Assembly (NCBI GenBank): GCA_013239625.1
Contig: MU054338.1
Span: forward strand, 5,618,724-5,682,723
Length of the DNA: 64,000 bases
From: Lama guanicoe
Taxonomy: Eukaryota
Reading direction: 5' to 3'
Shown: positions 35,880 to 50,081 of the stretch, in pieces
How positions within the stretch are numbered: the stretch's first letter is position 1
Layout: each line of letters opens with the position of its first letter
Notes under the pieces: generated by a model
What the model was told of the DNA's origin: nothing
The model's input: the letters and a program-made list of their open reading frames with translations, nothing else
Database searches by the model: none
Translations under genes and position numbers: made by a program

Positions 35880-37265
35880 GTGAGCCTCGCAGGCAGGGAG
35901 AGGCCCAGCTAGGCTGCCTGATGTCCAGGGGATGGGGAGGGGGCTCGGGAACCCCCCACCCGGACCACCTCCCCCTGCCCATCGCAGCCCCTATCTCTCT
36001 GGACAGTCTCCCTCTCCCGCACTGTCTCTGAGCCTTTGCCCTCTCTTCCAGCGTTCCCCCCTGGTTCCAGCTCTTTCTGTGCCCCTCTCCCTGTCTCTGC
36101 TCTCTCTCTGGGTCCCTGGTTCTGGGGATCTGTGGCTCCTGGGGTTTCTCTGGGTGTGACCATGACCTGCGCCTCTCTCCTTCTGCCACTCTGTTTCCCC
36201 ATCCAAAGCCCCTGCTCTCTGGCTGGTGGGGGTGAGGGAGAAGGGGCTTTTCCCCTCATTGGAGGGCCCCCTCCACCTCCTCTCAGTCTCCCCCGATAAT
36301 GTTGCCCTGAGGGGGACCAAGAAGGGCATTGCCCTGGGGAAGGGGCAAGGAGGGCTGCCTGGCGGAGAAGGCATCCAGGAGCAGGCCCCATGGAGCCGTG
36401 TGTGAGCATCAGGCTTCAGTTCCCCATACTGACATCTGTTTTGGGGTCCCTCCTGCAGCCCCCTTCTCCCTGCAGCCCACCTCTCCCCTCACCTCCATCT
36501 TCGCTTTTCCTCCCATCTCTGTGACCCAGACCTCCTGTTGTGTGTCTCTGCTCCTTCTGTGGGTGTCACCCCCCACACCTGGCCCCTGGTCCCATACATG
36601 GTGCAGCTGTTGATGGCTGATGTCCAGCTAGCTGTCACCTGGTCGTCACTAATGGGATGAAAAAGAATAGGCTCCATGTACCCTGGAAAGGACCCTGGAG
36701 TGTCGGTCCTTCTGGGAGGCTGCAGCCCTCTGTGGATGTTGGGGTGGGGCGCGGGAGGGTCAGGATGGTGGGCTGAGGTCTTAGAAGATGCTGCTTCAGG
36801 GAAGGGGCCCGGGAGGGTCTGCTGTCGGGTGGTTTTCCAGGAGTCTGGCTGTAGAGGAGGGTCGGGTTTATTTCTCTGGAGTCCAGCCGTGTTCTGGCAA
36901 CTGGTGGGGAGGCGCTTCCAGCTGCTGTGTAGATCTGCATGTGTCTGCGCTCAGGGTCGGTCTGTTGTGAAGTCTAACTCAATCATAACTGTGGGGATCC
37001 ACAGTTATTGGAAGGATTTGGGGGTCGCTAGGGTCCAGTGTGAAGGTGGTGAGAGCCCAGCGGCCCTGGAGGATGGGAGTGGGCCTGGTTGCAGACAACG
37101 GATGGTTACAGACTTCCCGCTGCTGTTTGCTAGAGTCTGTCGAGCTCGGGGTGGTAGTTCGTGGGTTGGTGGCCCTGAGCACGCTCTCTCACTCTGCGTG
37201 CCTCTCTCCTTCCCTCTCTGCCCTTCTTGCTTCCTCTGTCCATCTCTCCTTCTCTCCCTCCCTAG

Positions 37266-37445
37266 TCCATGATCTCCACATTCTTATTGAGCAGTGACAC
37301 TTTGGTCACCATCTGGCTGCAGCAGGTGCCCGGGGGCTCTGGGTCCTGCTCGGCTGGAAGGAAGAGGTCGGACGCCTCCCACCCCACCCATGGCTGGCAC
37401 TGACAGTGGGAGTTGCTCCTTCTCTTGGAGCCAAGGGGGCAGGAG
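37266..37445 (+). other. Candidate non-coding exon (possibly NFILZ 5'UTR)
   Basis: ~80-nt polypyrimidine tract ending ctag|; donor GAG|gtttgt. Confidence 0.3.
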
Positions 37446-37489
37446 GTTTGTGTCCCAGAGAACTTCCCATGCCCCAGCCAAGCCTTGTT

Positions 37490-38680
37490 CCCTACATTTC
37501 ATCCATCTTCAGAACTCTTTTCATCTTGTAAAAACACCTCCTCCCCCAGCCCCCGGCCCCCACCATTCTACTTTCTGTCTATGACTCTGACTCCTCTAAG
37601 GGACCTCCAAGAAGTGAAGTCAGACAGCATTCGTTCTCTTCTGACTGGCTTCTTTCACTGAGCGTCACGTCCTCAGGGTTCATCCACCTTGGCACGGGTG
37701 CTGGAAATTCCTTCCTTTTTAAGGCTGAGTAATAGTCCATTGTATGGCTGGACCACATTTCATTTATTCGTTCCCCTGTCGATAGACACTTGCGTTACTT
37801 CCACATTTTAGCTCTTATGAATAATGTTCCTATAAACACAGTCTATCTCTTCAAAATCCTTCTTTCAATTCTGTTGGTTACACACCTGGCAGTGGAATTG
37901 TTGGATCGTATGGTAATTCTAGACTGCATTTTTTCCGAAACTGCCAGATTGTTTTCCTCTATGGCTGTACCTTATACCTTCCCACCAACAGTGTCCAAGA
38001 CTTCCAGTGTCTCCACATCCTTGCCAAAGCTTGTCATTTCCTATTTTTTGAGAGTAGCCATCTTAATGAGTGTGATATTGTATTTCATTGTGGTTTTTTT
38101 TAATTATTAAAAATTTTTTTAAGTTGAAGTATAATCAGTTTACAATGTTGTGTCAATTTCTGGCATATGGCATGTTTCAGTCAGATGTAGACATACATGT
38201 ACACATATTTGTTTTCAAATTCTTTTTCATTATATCATGTTTTTTTTCTTTTTCTTTTCTTTTCTTTTTTAAGAAGTCCGCTTTATTTATTTATTTTTTG
38301 TGGAGTTACCAGGGATCGAACCCAGGACCCTGTACATGCTAAGCACACACTCTACCACTGAGCTGAACCCCCATCTGCATCATGGTGGTTTTGATTTGCA
38401 TTTTCCCCAGTGATTAGTGGTGCTGGGCATCTTTTCCTGTGTTTATTGGCCACTCACAGATCTTCTTTGGAGAAATGTCTGTTCAAGCCCTTTGCTCATT
38501 TCTGATTCGAGCCGTTTGGCTTTCTGTTGTGCTGGTGGTGGTGGCGGTGGTCGAATCACAGGAATTCTCTGTATGTTCTGGATCGTATGAGCCATATGAT
38601 TTGCATGTATTTTGCAAATTTGCATATTTTCTCCTATCCTGTGTGTTGCCTTTTTACTCTGTGGATAGTAGTATCTTTTG
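37490..38680 (-). mobile_element. Nested L1 fragments
   Basis: ggttttgatttgcatt, tctttggagaaatgtctgttcaag motifs. Confidence 0.8.
38280..38375 (-). mobile_element. tRNA-derived SINE (vic-1-like) within an L1 fragment
   Basis: gggatcgaacccaggacc...ctctaccactgagct. Confidence 0.8.
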
Positions 38681-41600
38681 ATGGTCCCTCCCCCGGACCC
38701 ATTTTTCCCCCTACTGCTGAACAGTGGTAGCTGGGTCCAGGGAGCTCTATTCTGGAGATGCAGGGTTATAACCATTACCTTTTCTGAGCAAGCAGCCCCT
38801 GGGTCCAGGTCGATCTGGTCTTTATAAGTGAGGCTGCGGTAGTGGTGGGGTCAGGCTTTGCAGAGGAGGAGTCAGGAGCCCTGGTGTCCCCTCTGGTGAG
38901 CAAATCTCAGTCTCCTCACCTGTAAAATGGGAGCCTGGGTGAGATGCTAGGATTCGGGGCACTCATTCATCCATTCAAGTATTTATCAAGCACCTACTAT
39001 CCATAGGCTCTGGGGATACCTTGGGGAGAAGAAACACAGGCCTTGGCCTCTTGGGAGAAAGAGAGATGTTAGTCAATTAATTATATGAATGAGTGTAAAA
39101 TGACTTCAATAATAAATGTTGAGAAGCAGAAACACCTTTGTTCAGTAGGTGCAGAGTAGGGACACTTGATCCATCCTGGGGGATCAGAAAGGGCTTCTCG
39201 GAGAAGTTACTATCAAAGGATGAGAATGAGGAAACTAGGGGAGCCAAGGAAGAGTGTTCCAGGCAGCAGGAACTGCATGTGCAAAGGCCCTGTGGTTAGT
39301 CCAAGTGGTCAGAAGGCCAGAGTGGTTGGAGCTTAGAGCAGATCAGCTCTGTTTGGACCGGGCATGGTCCCATGGGTGGGGCAAGGAAATGTGGTCTTGA
39401 TCTGTTGAGGGTTTTAAGCTGGAAAGTGGCATAATCTGATTTGTGTGGTGAAGAGATCTTCCAGCAGATAGTGTCTGTAAAGTGCTTAGTGCAGGCAGAG
39501 CTGGGCACCTAGACAGGGCCCGGATGATGCCAGTGGGTGTTTTGGACCCAGAGAACTCTCTGTGTCCCTGTCCCCTGAGGTCCCCTGAGGGATAGCTCCA
39601 GCCTGTTTCTGGGAACCAGAGTATATCCCAGGCTCGGGGTAGGGGCTGGGAAAGTGGGATGCCCCCACATTGAGTGCAGTTGCTGAGATGGGGGAGGGGC
39701 AGCACCTCTGCGGTGGAGGGCAGAGATTCCAGGGCCAGAAGCTACTTCTCAGTGCACCTGGGCCCATCTCACAGAAGGGAGACTGAGGCCCAGAGGCTCC
39801 ATTGGTACTGAGTCCTGAGCCAAGAGCTGCATCCTTGCCTTCAGCACTTGCCACGCCTCTGGCCATATCTCATGGCTGGAGAGAATGAGCTCTGGGGTCC
39901 AGCTGTCCAGATTCCAAACCCACCTGGGATCTGCTGTGTGACCCTGGGAAAGACACGGTACCTCTCTGAACCTCTCTGGCCAAGAGGGGGAAACCTGACT
40001 TCCAGAGAAGTTGTGGGAATTAAACAATGTTCACATTCATTTTTCACTTGACAAATCACTATACAAATAATTACTAAGCACCTACCATGTGCCAGGTGCT
40101 GTTGTAGGTACTGGAGACACAGAGGGCTGCCGTGCTTGTCCTCAGGGACTGGCATTCTAGTGACAGAGACAGACACTAAGCCAAATAGTCAGCCAGTAAT
40201 TAAAAAGTAAGGGAATGATAAGTGCCCAGAATAAACACAAAGCAGGGTAAGGAGAGAAAATCAATGGGGCTGTGGGTGTGGGTGATGATTTAGCCTGGGG
40301 GTCAGGCAGGCAGGTGAGGCCTAAAGGAGGTGAGGAAGGGGCCATGTGAGTATCTGGGGGAACAGCATTCCAGGCAGAAGGAACAGCCTGTGTAAAGACC
40401 CTGAGGTGGGACCATGCCTGGTGTGGAGGAAGAACAGTGAGGAGGCCTATCTCCAGGAGCCAGAGGAGGCACAGCTGCTTGGCTTCATGCAAGATTAAAG
40501 TGTCTGTAGGGCCTACTGGGCCTGGATGGGGTCTGGCCACCTGTAGGGGTGTTTGGGGACCCAGGTACATGGAAGAGAGACCCTCCTGGCTGGGTCCTGG
40601 CCTTGGCTGGACATGAAACACCTCTGAGCTTCCTTCAAGTGGGTCTGTGTGGTGACTGGTGCCAGGTACCGTCAGCCCTTCCTGGTGATGCCACCTCTGG
40701 GTTGGGGAGGGAGCCTCAAGTTTCTGCCAGGTAGCTGGACCCCAGTCTTCCAGCACCAAAAATCTGAGGCTCCTCTCATTTGGCAGGGTTGTTCTGGTTT
40801 GGGCTGGAGAGAGGGGGAGGTAGAGTCTGAGGGACTTGCCTGGCCAAGGATGGAGGACTTAAGGTCCCCAAGATGAATTTTTTCCCATGTGAGTTTTACG
40901 TGAGCTTCCATTGAGCTGATACTCTGAGAAGGGACAGGGGCCTGCCATTGGGTCAGATCCTGTGAGCCCTGGGGGCCTCCCTGAAGTTCACAGAGTTGAA
41001 GAATAGGACATCTCGTACATTTTGTGACTAGGCAAGTACTTGTGTTATTTACCAGTCTAGGCACCAACCTTGTACCCATTTGACAGGTGAGAAGATTGAG
41101 GCTCAGAAGACCAGACACTTGCCTAAGGTCATGTAGTGCATCATTGGTACAGCTGGGATTGGATGCCTGGCCTGGCTCCCAACACCCCTCCCCCGCTCCA
41201 GCCCCATTGCCTCCTTCCTGTCTATCAAGGCCTGTTCCTGGCTTGGGGGACTCCAGCTGGGCTTGTGGGCTGGGCACAGAGGTATCAACGGCTTCCGGCC
41301 TCTCCCCGTGCCCCAGGAAGGGGAGGGCCGGCCGCAGTCCCAGAGTGCCTTGTATTTTCTCCCCTGAAATCTGAGTTCCCACACAGGGTTCTCGGTTTTA
41401 GAGGTCGGTTTCGCTGGGGCTTTTATGAGGCAGGGGTTCGCTCAGAGTGAGAATGCAGGGCCCCGAGGCTCTATTGGGCGCCTTGAACTCTGTGAGAGTG
41501 TTGCCCCTTGGGACTCCGAAGCCCTTCCGTGGAATGGGCTGGGCTGCACCAGGGCCATGGGAACAGCCCCTGTGGGTCCCCTGTCTTCCCTGCACCACCT

Positions 41601-43514
41601 TTTGAGTCAGTGGAGAGCCACACGGAACAGCTTGGGGAGGAAGGCATCTGCTTCATCCCAGGCCCCCTAAGTCTGAGCAGGAGAGGTCAGAGAAAGGGAC
41701 TAAGACCATTGATTTCCCATCCCCCTACTCGCATACCTCCTGTGACGGGCAGCTCATCATCTTTCAAGGCAGCCTCTGCTGGGTTTATGAGCTGGAATTT
41801 ATAGAAAATTCTGTCAGATGCTGGCCCCCAACTGCACCTCCAACCCCCTCTCCGTGGTCCTTGCTCTGCCCTCTGGGACTACACAGAACCCATCCCTTCT
41901 CGAAATATTTCACTCTTCTTGTATTCACTGAGTGCCTATTCTGGAGATCTGTGGACAGGGAGATGCAGGCCCAGAGTGATCACTGTGGTGGTGACGGTGA
42001 AAAGACACAGGGCGCTGGGAGCCCAAAAGAGACTCCTGGCCTAGCAAAGAGGTGTCAATCTTGTAGGCTTTCTGTAGGAGGTAACATCTAGGCTAAGTTC
42101 TGAAGGATGAGTAAGATTTGGCCAGTTAAGCGGTGAGGGAGGAGGAAGAGTGTATCAGGCAGAAGGAACAGCATGTGGAGGTAAATGAAGCGTCAGTAAG
42201 AAGTCAATAAGTGAAGGAGGTTCTAAGTGGTGTATTTGAGGAGGGATATCAGGGCTGGTGACCAGAATAGAGAGATTCCTGAAGCAGTGTTCTAGGTGGG
42301 AGGAAAGTGCCACCTTTATTCTTCAAACAGGGTGTGAGTCCAACTTTGTTTCACATTGCCTAATTGTTTTGCCAGGAAGTAATTTACACCTCCACCTTCT
42401 AGCTACAGAAGTGCCCATCTCACCGCATCCTTGCTAGCGCTGGGTTTTATCATTTTAAAAATCTTTGTCCATTTTAGCTGGCAATACCCAGTATCTCATT
42501 GTGTAAATGAAAACAAATCAGCCTTTCTCTTATGAGGGATAGGGGTGAACAATTTTTCCAAATGTGCATGGCCCACTCAAATGCTATATCTTGCTTGGGG
42601 ATGTTCGAGGTCTTACACCCACCAGAGAATTTATGATTATTTCTAGCTGTGGTCTTAACACGGAGCAAAGGGAAAGCTTGTGGGTGCCCTCTGGCCACAA
42701 GGGTGGGGAATTTGTGAGGCCGCCCACCCTCTCTTCTTTGATTCATATTTTGTTCTAATCTTTTTCTTTTTTTTTTGTCCTTTCAAGGTTTAAAATTTTT
42801 CTCTCTTGTGTTGGTAGTTGAGACTCCAATTAATTATAGCTTTGTCCTCATCTGGGGTATCTTTGGGCTCAAAGAAGAGGTTTACTAAGCCCCAGGAAGG
42901 TGTTTCATGTTAATTCTCAAAACACCTGCATGTGATGGGGACTCTTGAACCCATTTTACAGATGAGAAGTCCAAAGCTCAGTGACATTATGTCACCAGTC
43001 CAGCATCCCGTGGCCAATATTAGCTATTCCTCTAAGTTACACTCAATCAGTTCCTCTTCTGACTTTAAGATTCTGTTTAATTAAATTATAACTTGGGGGG
43101 AGAGGGCTGTCCATTTGCTCGACACCCTTTGTCCCACCCTGCGCAGTCAGGGGATGGAAGTCCTGTTCCTTATTAGGGAGAAACGCTGGAGTCCAGCTCA
43201 ACATCAACCTTATAATAAAGGAAAGAAAACAGGAAAGTGAGAGGGGGAAGCCTCAGAACACCCTTGGGGAGCTACAGATGGCCTCAAGTCTCAGGTCCTG
43301 AGAGAGACCTCAGTCCTGGACTTTAAAAAACTGGGCTTAGAATACTAATTCCATGTCTGCCACTAAAATTCCATGTGACCTTGGTAAATCTCTTCCCAAA
43401 TCTGGGTTTTGGTTTCCACTTCTACTAGTCAACCTATCTCTTGAGTTTATTCTTAGTAACTATATTTTATTTATTTGTTTGTTTGTTTGTTTATTTATTT
43501 ATTTACTCACTCAT

Positions 43515-43680
43515 TCATTTAACTGAAGTGTAGTCAGTTACAATGTGTCAATTTCTGGTGTACAGCATAATGTCCCAGTCATGCATATATATATATACAT
43601 ATATATATATATTTATAGTCCCCATCACATGCAGATGTTTTGAGAATTAACATGAAACACTTTCCTGGGGCTTAGCAAAC

Positions 43681-43733
<53 letters not shown>

Positions 43734-43850
43734 CACCCATTCATATTCATATTCTTTTTCATTAAAAGTTATTACAAGATATTGAATATAGTTTTCTGTG
43801 CTATATAGAAGAAATTTGATTTTTATATATAGTGATTAAGTAACTATATT
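43515..43850 (-). mobile_element. L1 3' end fragment interrupted by microsatellite and inverted insertion
   Basis: L1 tail motifs on both sides of the (TA)n/(CT)n tract. Confidence 0.75.
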
Positions 43851-46800
43851 TTTCATATCTGAACCCTTAGTTCTTTTTATAAATATCTATCTGTTTTTGT
43901 TTCATAATCTATTTTATGGCTAGTATTCCCTCTTTTATCTTTTTGCATCATTTGATCTGTTCATTGTCAAACTCTCTGGAGATCGCACTGATCATCTCTA
44001 CTTTTGCAAGTGTAAATTCTTCCACTGGGGGTGTTGGTGGCAACTTCATGAAGTGGTTGTGAATCCCTCATCTCTTCAGGATATTTTCCCCTGTCTTTCG
44101 AGTCTTCTGAGAATAGGGGCCCTTGACCTCCTATAGGAGGGGGCCCTACACTTCCACAGGAGGGAGCAACCTTGTCACATACTTGGCACCTCTGCTTTGG
44201 CCCCTAGTTCAAGTCAGCACTTCCCTGTCTTTTCCAAGTCTTTGGGGGAGGAATGGGATGGTCTTGGTGTATGTTTAGTCCACCATCTTGAACAGAAATC
44301 CAAGTTCATCATCTGTAGACTAATACTGTTGTGTTGGGTGGTCCCCCAGGGTTCTCACAGGTATTTTCAACACAGGTAACCACTGGGGTCTGGCAGCTGA
44401 AATCTAGTGAGAGAGGGTCCTAACCCTCTAACCCACCACCACCAAATAAAAATCCATGTAGATCATTTTGTACCATTATGTTATATCAGCTCTTAACACA
44501 GAGGATCTCATTTATTCTTTATAAAATGAATGAAGTGGGTACTACTATTGCTGTCATTTTAGGTGAGGCATTGGAAGCTCACAGGGCAGAAGTGATTTGC
44601 CCAAACACACTCAGCTGGGAAGGAGAATTTGAGCCCACTTAAAGCAGACTCAAGCTCTTCAGCCTGTCCATCCAGTGCCTCATACTAGCGGCTCCTGTGT
44701 TCATCCCAGCCCTGTTGTGTGGTTAGCTGTTTGGTTTCTGGACCCCTTTTCCTCTGCAGACACTGCTCCCTAGTCTTCAGAGGTGCTCAACGAACTCAAA
44801 ACTGGGTCCTCAGTGGAAGAAGTGAGAAAAGCCAGGAGGTTTACCCTGTGATGTGGCAGATAAGGTATGGGCTCCAGCGTCTGCTGCATCCGGATTCTGT
44901 TTGTGCCGACGCAGCCAGGTCACCTGACTTCTCATCTATTTTTCCATCTGTCAAATGAGGATAATGACTGAACGTTTCTCTCAGAGTGGTGATGAGTGTG
45001 CAGTGAGACACTGCAAGGGCCTGGCGCACAGTAGGGGCTCAAGAAACATGACTGCTTTCCTTAGAGGCATAGGAATGAAGGGATGTAAGCATCAATCTGT
45101 CAAATCCTCAGAGCATCTTAGGGGCCAGAGAGAGGAGTTTTCCATGGACACACAGAAAGAACTTTCACATTCCAACAGGGAAAAGTCCCATGAATGTGGA
45201 TTTTTAGCTCCATTCCAGGAAAACCTTCTTGACCACGAGAGGTCACCCAGCCTCACAGCAGCTGGCTTTCGTGAATGAGTGAGTTCCCCATCACTCAAGG
45301 GAATCAAGCAGAATTTTGATGGCTGCTGGTCATGGAGGCTTTGGAGGCTGATGGAGCTGGGGAGGAGTTGTGCTGGGCCATCTCTGAGGGAGACCCTCTT
45401 TCTGTTTCCTCTTCCCCCGCTGGCTGCTTCACAAGGAGTGTCCTCTGTCTCGCCCGCCCTCCACGAGCACCTCCTTAATGACCACAGGAAGGCCCAGCCC
45501 AGCCCTTGCTGGGTCTTCTCTAAATAAACTCGGGGCAGCTGTGCTATCTACTGCCCCATCTCCCTCTGGGTTCCTGTGGAGCTGTCAGGGTGGTGGTTAG
45601 CGGGGGCTCAGGGCAAGCCACAGAGAGGAGGGACTTCAGGCAGGTTCTCGTCTGCTTCACTGGCTTGGCGTGAGAGTCGCCTGTCCCTCCTCTAACTGAC
45701 CACCAGCCCATGCTCAGCCTTCTTCCCTAGACATCTGCTGGTTTTGACTTGGCCTTAAAGGGCCCCTGGGCTGTGACCTCTCCCTTTCCAGCCCAGCTAG
45801 CCCCTAGTTCAGTTATCTCTGGGTTTGCCTCCACCCCCATCCATCCTCCCAGAGCCTGGGTAGTGCCTACTGAATGCTGGCCCCAGGACCCTGGGATGTG
45901 CCTTTGACCCCACGCTGGTGCACATCAACTCCTGGGCATTTGTCAGCATCCTTGTAGTTGAGATGTGGTCAGGACCCCATTTAAGGGCCTCCTGGACAGG
46001 ACAAGGTGGGTGGCAGGAGGATGCTGTGGCTAGTGGGACAAGGGACCCTGACTGACACCGCATCTAGGGGTTTGTCTTGGCTGAGGCTCCGATGAGCTCT
46101 CTGTGTGATGGGAGACCCAAGCCCAGCCTTTTACAGGGGAGAGAGGACCCACCCTCAGGGCCCCGGTGCCTTGAGCATTACTTCATCTGCTTATTCCTTC
46201 ATTCACTCACATTTCACTCATTCATTAATTTATTCAAATACTCATATATTCATTGGTTCACTCCAAAAACCATTCATGCACCCTTTGGTTCATTCTATAA
46301 ACTGTTCATGCACTCATTGGTTTATTCCAAAATACATTCATGCAGTGTCTTCCTCCCTGGTTTATCCCCTGACCCTGGGTGGAGATGAGGGTGAATTGAG
46401 GCACACATGAGCACTGTTCCTAGGAATCTAAGACTCTCATATTTTCATAAGCTTATCCCAGAGGTTGTAAAGCTGAGGATGGAGTTTTATAAAGACTCTT
46501 CTGAGATGATTGTGGATTTGTGGGGACCAGGATGGAGGCTGGTAGGGGCCCAGGTGGGACAGGAGATGTCTAGGCTGGGGCCAGGTGGTGGGAAAGGATG
46601 GGAAGGGAATGGCGGTTTACTTTTGGAACCCCCGAGTATCTTTGGGCCAGCCACTTCACCCCCTGTGCCTCAGTTTCCTTTCCCGCAAGTTGGGGCAATA
46701 CTCTCCTGACAGAGGGCGTGGTGGCCTCAGGTGCCTGAAAGGGGTCAGTGAACTTGGATACCTGGGCAAAGCTATGTAGCTTGGTGTGGCTGCTGGGAAC

Positions 46801-48389
46801 AGAGCCTGGATGTGAGCAGCAGGCAGGTGCAAACCCACGGCTCCTCACCTGGCTCCTGGGGACTGGGCTGCATCAACTGTAGATGCTTCCCCAGCCTGTG
46901 GGATGTGGGCTGGTGTGGGGCTACATCCCACGGCTGCAGGTACCAGATGCCCAGTGAGCCTCAGTAGGGGGTCTTGGGCCTCAGTGCCAGAGTCCTCCCG
47001 GTGACTAGGAGTTCTCAAAGGGGGTCCTAGGCAAGGTGCCAGATTCCCTCCGGTGACTAGGAATTCTTGCTGACTTTAGAGACTGAGAACCCCACAAGGC
47101 TTTTCTTCTCCACACCCAGCTAAGATTGCCAGACACAGCAGTCCCTCCGAGCTGTGAGCGGGCCACATGGTATGAACAAACCCACACATTAGACAGATTG
47201 TGTTCGAATCCTAGTCCTGTAACTGGCTTACTGTGTGGCTTGGGCAGATAACAGACCCTCTCTGGGCTGATTTCCTTCTGCTCATTCTCACCTTTCCCAT
47301 GAGACTGGGGGCTTTGTGAAGGCAGAGGGGCTGGTTCTCTTCTGCTGATGTGGTAAACGACCACCTTAGGACCTGGCAAGGGTTGTATGAGTGAATGAAT
47401 AAATAAATATGGGTCCCACAGTGTTTGGTGAAGTCAGTATTTCATGGCCAAGTACTTTTGAGAACTTCCAAGTCAAACCAAAGTTAAACTTTTTTTGCAG
47501 GACTTCTCAGAGCCTTTAATGATTCTCACATCTCTGTGATCTTCACATAAGGAATAAGGTATGCAATAGTTCTCAAATGTATTTTTATTTTTATTTTTTT
47601 CTCAGACCACTGTTGCCACCGGGTTTCTTGAGAACATACGTTGGGAAATGTGGACTTGGGATCATGGGCTGAATTCCTAAGAGTGTTGTTATTTGACCGC
47701 TGACGCCTCTGCCCTTTTTCAGACATGACCTTCATTAGCTTACGCAGACACCGCAACTAAAGCCAAGAGAGCAGTTAGCACAGGTTCAGCGGAAGGGCGA
47801 AGCATTCTCTGTGTCAGTAAGGTTCTGTTTTCATTCATCTAAGCATCTATTCACTCCCTCAACAAGTATTTATTTACTAACTATTACCTATGCACAATGC
47901 TAACCTGTTTTGGATCAGAATCACAGAAGATGAGGACCTCCTAGGTGTCGGGAACCCAGGTGGTTGGTAGAACCTGGACTTTTGTGTTAGAATTTTCAGG
48001 AAAACCAATGTGGAAAACTGGGCCGGGGCAAAGGAGGTGGTCTCCCATCCCTGGGGTATCGCTAGGGGCCCTGGGCATCTTTTCTGAGCCCCACCCCAGG
48101 AGCTGAGACTCGCGTGACTTTGATTCTTCTGTCTGCCCCCATTCTTAACATTCTGGTTGTTGAACACCAGGCACATGGGAAGTTCTTGCCAGTTGTTTTC
48201 CTGTGGAATGGACGGATGGATTGATGGAGGGATGTATAAAAGAATGGATGGATTTGTGGAAGGATGACTGGCACACAGGAGGGATTTGTTGGTTGAATGA
48301 GAGAACGGAAGAATAAAAGATGGATGAGTGGGACGAATGAATAAATATATGGATGGAAAGATGCCTGGCACTTAGTAAAGGCACAATAT

Positions 48390-49470
48390 TTTAGTGTGAT
48401 AAAATGCACATAACATAAAATTTACCCTCTTGGGCATTTTAAGTGTCCATTTCAGTGATATTAAATACATTCGTACAATGTGTATTGTGCAGCCATCACC
48501 ACCATCCGTCTTCACAACTCTTCTCATCTTCCCAAACGGAAATGCTCTATATCCATTAAGCACTAACTCCCCATTCTTCCCTCTCCTCAGCCCCTGGCCC
48601 CACCATCATACCTTCTGTTTTTATGGTTTCGACTGCTCTAAGGACCTCCTGTAAGTGGAAACATACAACATTTGTCCTTCTGTGCCTGGCTTATATAGAG
48701 CATCATGTCCTTAAGGTTTATCCATGTCATAGCGTGTGCCAGCATTTCCTTCCTTTTTAATGCTGAGTAGTATTCTATTGTATGGCTGGACCATAATTTG
48801 CCCATCTGTTCGTCTGTCAGTGGGCCCTTGGGTTGCTTCTACCCTTTGGCTATTGTGAATAATGCTGCTATGAACATGGTTGTACAAATATTTCTTTGAG
48901 ACCCTGCTTTCAGTTCTTTTGACTATTCCCAGAAGTGGAATTGCTGGATCATATGGTCATTTTATTTTTAATTTGTTGAGGAAGCATCGTATTATCTTCC
49001 AACTCAGCTACACCACTTGACCTTCTCACCAGCAGTTCATGAGGGTTCCAGTTTCTCCACATCCTGGCCAACCCTTGCTATTTTCTGTTGTTTTGAGAGT
49101 AGCCACCTGAAGATGCGAGGTGGTATCGCATTGTGGTTTTGATTTGCATTTTCTTAATGATTAGTGATATTGAACATCTTTTCATGGGCTTTTTGGCCAT
49201 TTATAGAGCTTCTTTGGAGAAATGTCTCAAGTCCTTTGTCTATTTTTAACTTAGGTTGTTTGGTTTTGTCATTGTTGAGTTTTGGGAATTTTCTAGATAT
49301 TCTGAATGTTAATCCCTATATAATCTGGATATTATATCAGATATATAATTTGCAAGTATTTTCTCCCATTCTGTGCATTGTCTTTTTACTCTGTGAATAG
49401 TGTCTTTTGAGGTACAGAATTTAAACATTTTCGTGAAGTCCAATTTTCTATTTTTTCTTTTACCTGTAGG
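48390..49470 (-). mobile_element. L1 (L1MB-type) fragment
   Basis: Typical L1 3' region motifs (ctattgtgaataatgctgctatgaacat). Confidence 0.85.
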
Positions 49471-49499
49471 CACTCTATTATTTTTAAAATGAAGCTATC

Positions 49500-49850
49500 A
49501 GTGAGTGAATGGATAGTTAGATGGATGAGTGAGTGGTAGATGGACAGAGTACTGTACAATTGAATGGGGATGGATGGGTTTTTGAAGGAGTGGATGGATA
49601 AATAGATGGATGGATGGTGGATGGATGGATGGATGGGTGGATGAATGGGTGGACGGATGAATGGATGGATGGATGAATGGATGGACAAATGAGTAGATGA
49701 GTGGATGGATAAATGATTGTGTGGATGAATGGATGAATGGATGGAATGTGAGTTGTTTGGGCAGGTGGGTAGAGGGGTGGACAGATGGATAGTTAAGGGA
49801 GAGGATGGGTGAATAGATGACCTTATGAATACAGAGGTAGGATGGATGGG
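49500..49850 (+). repeat. Degenerate (GGAT)n tract
   Basis: Visible tandem ggat/gaat. Confidence 0.9.
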
Positions 49851-49983
49851 CAGGTGCAAGACTCTAGCTGCAGATAGTGGAGATCTTAGTGTACAATCCT
49901 GGCAATTTTCAGATGAGGAGTGGCTTATTCTCTGACCCCAACTTGGCTCAGTTTTACTCCATGGACACACATTCTCTTTCTAG

Positions 49984-50081
49984 GTTCAGCTTTCCTCCTC
50001 TGTCTCTCTGGGTCTCTAAGAATCTTACCCTGGAGCTCAGATTGAACTAAACCCTTGGCTTCTCCATTGACCATCTCTGCG
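49984..50081 (+). other. NFILZ: Probable NFILZ 5'UTR exon (98 nt)
   Basis: Acceptor ttctctttctag| and donor GCG|gtaaga, followed by a 323-nt intron to the coding-exon acceptor at 50404/50405. Confidence 0.6.
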
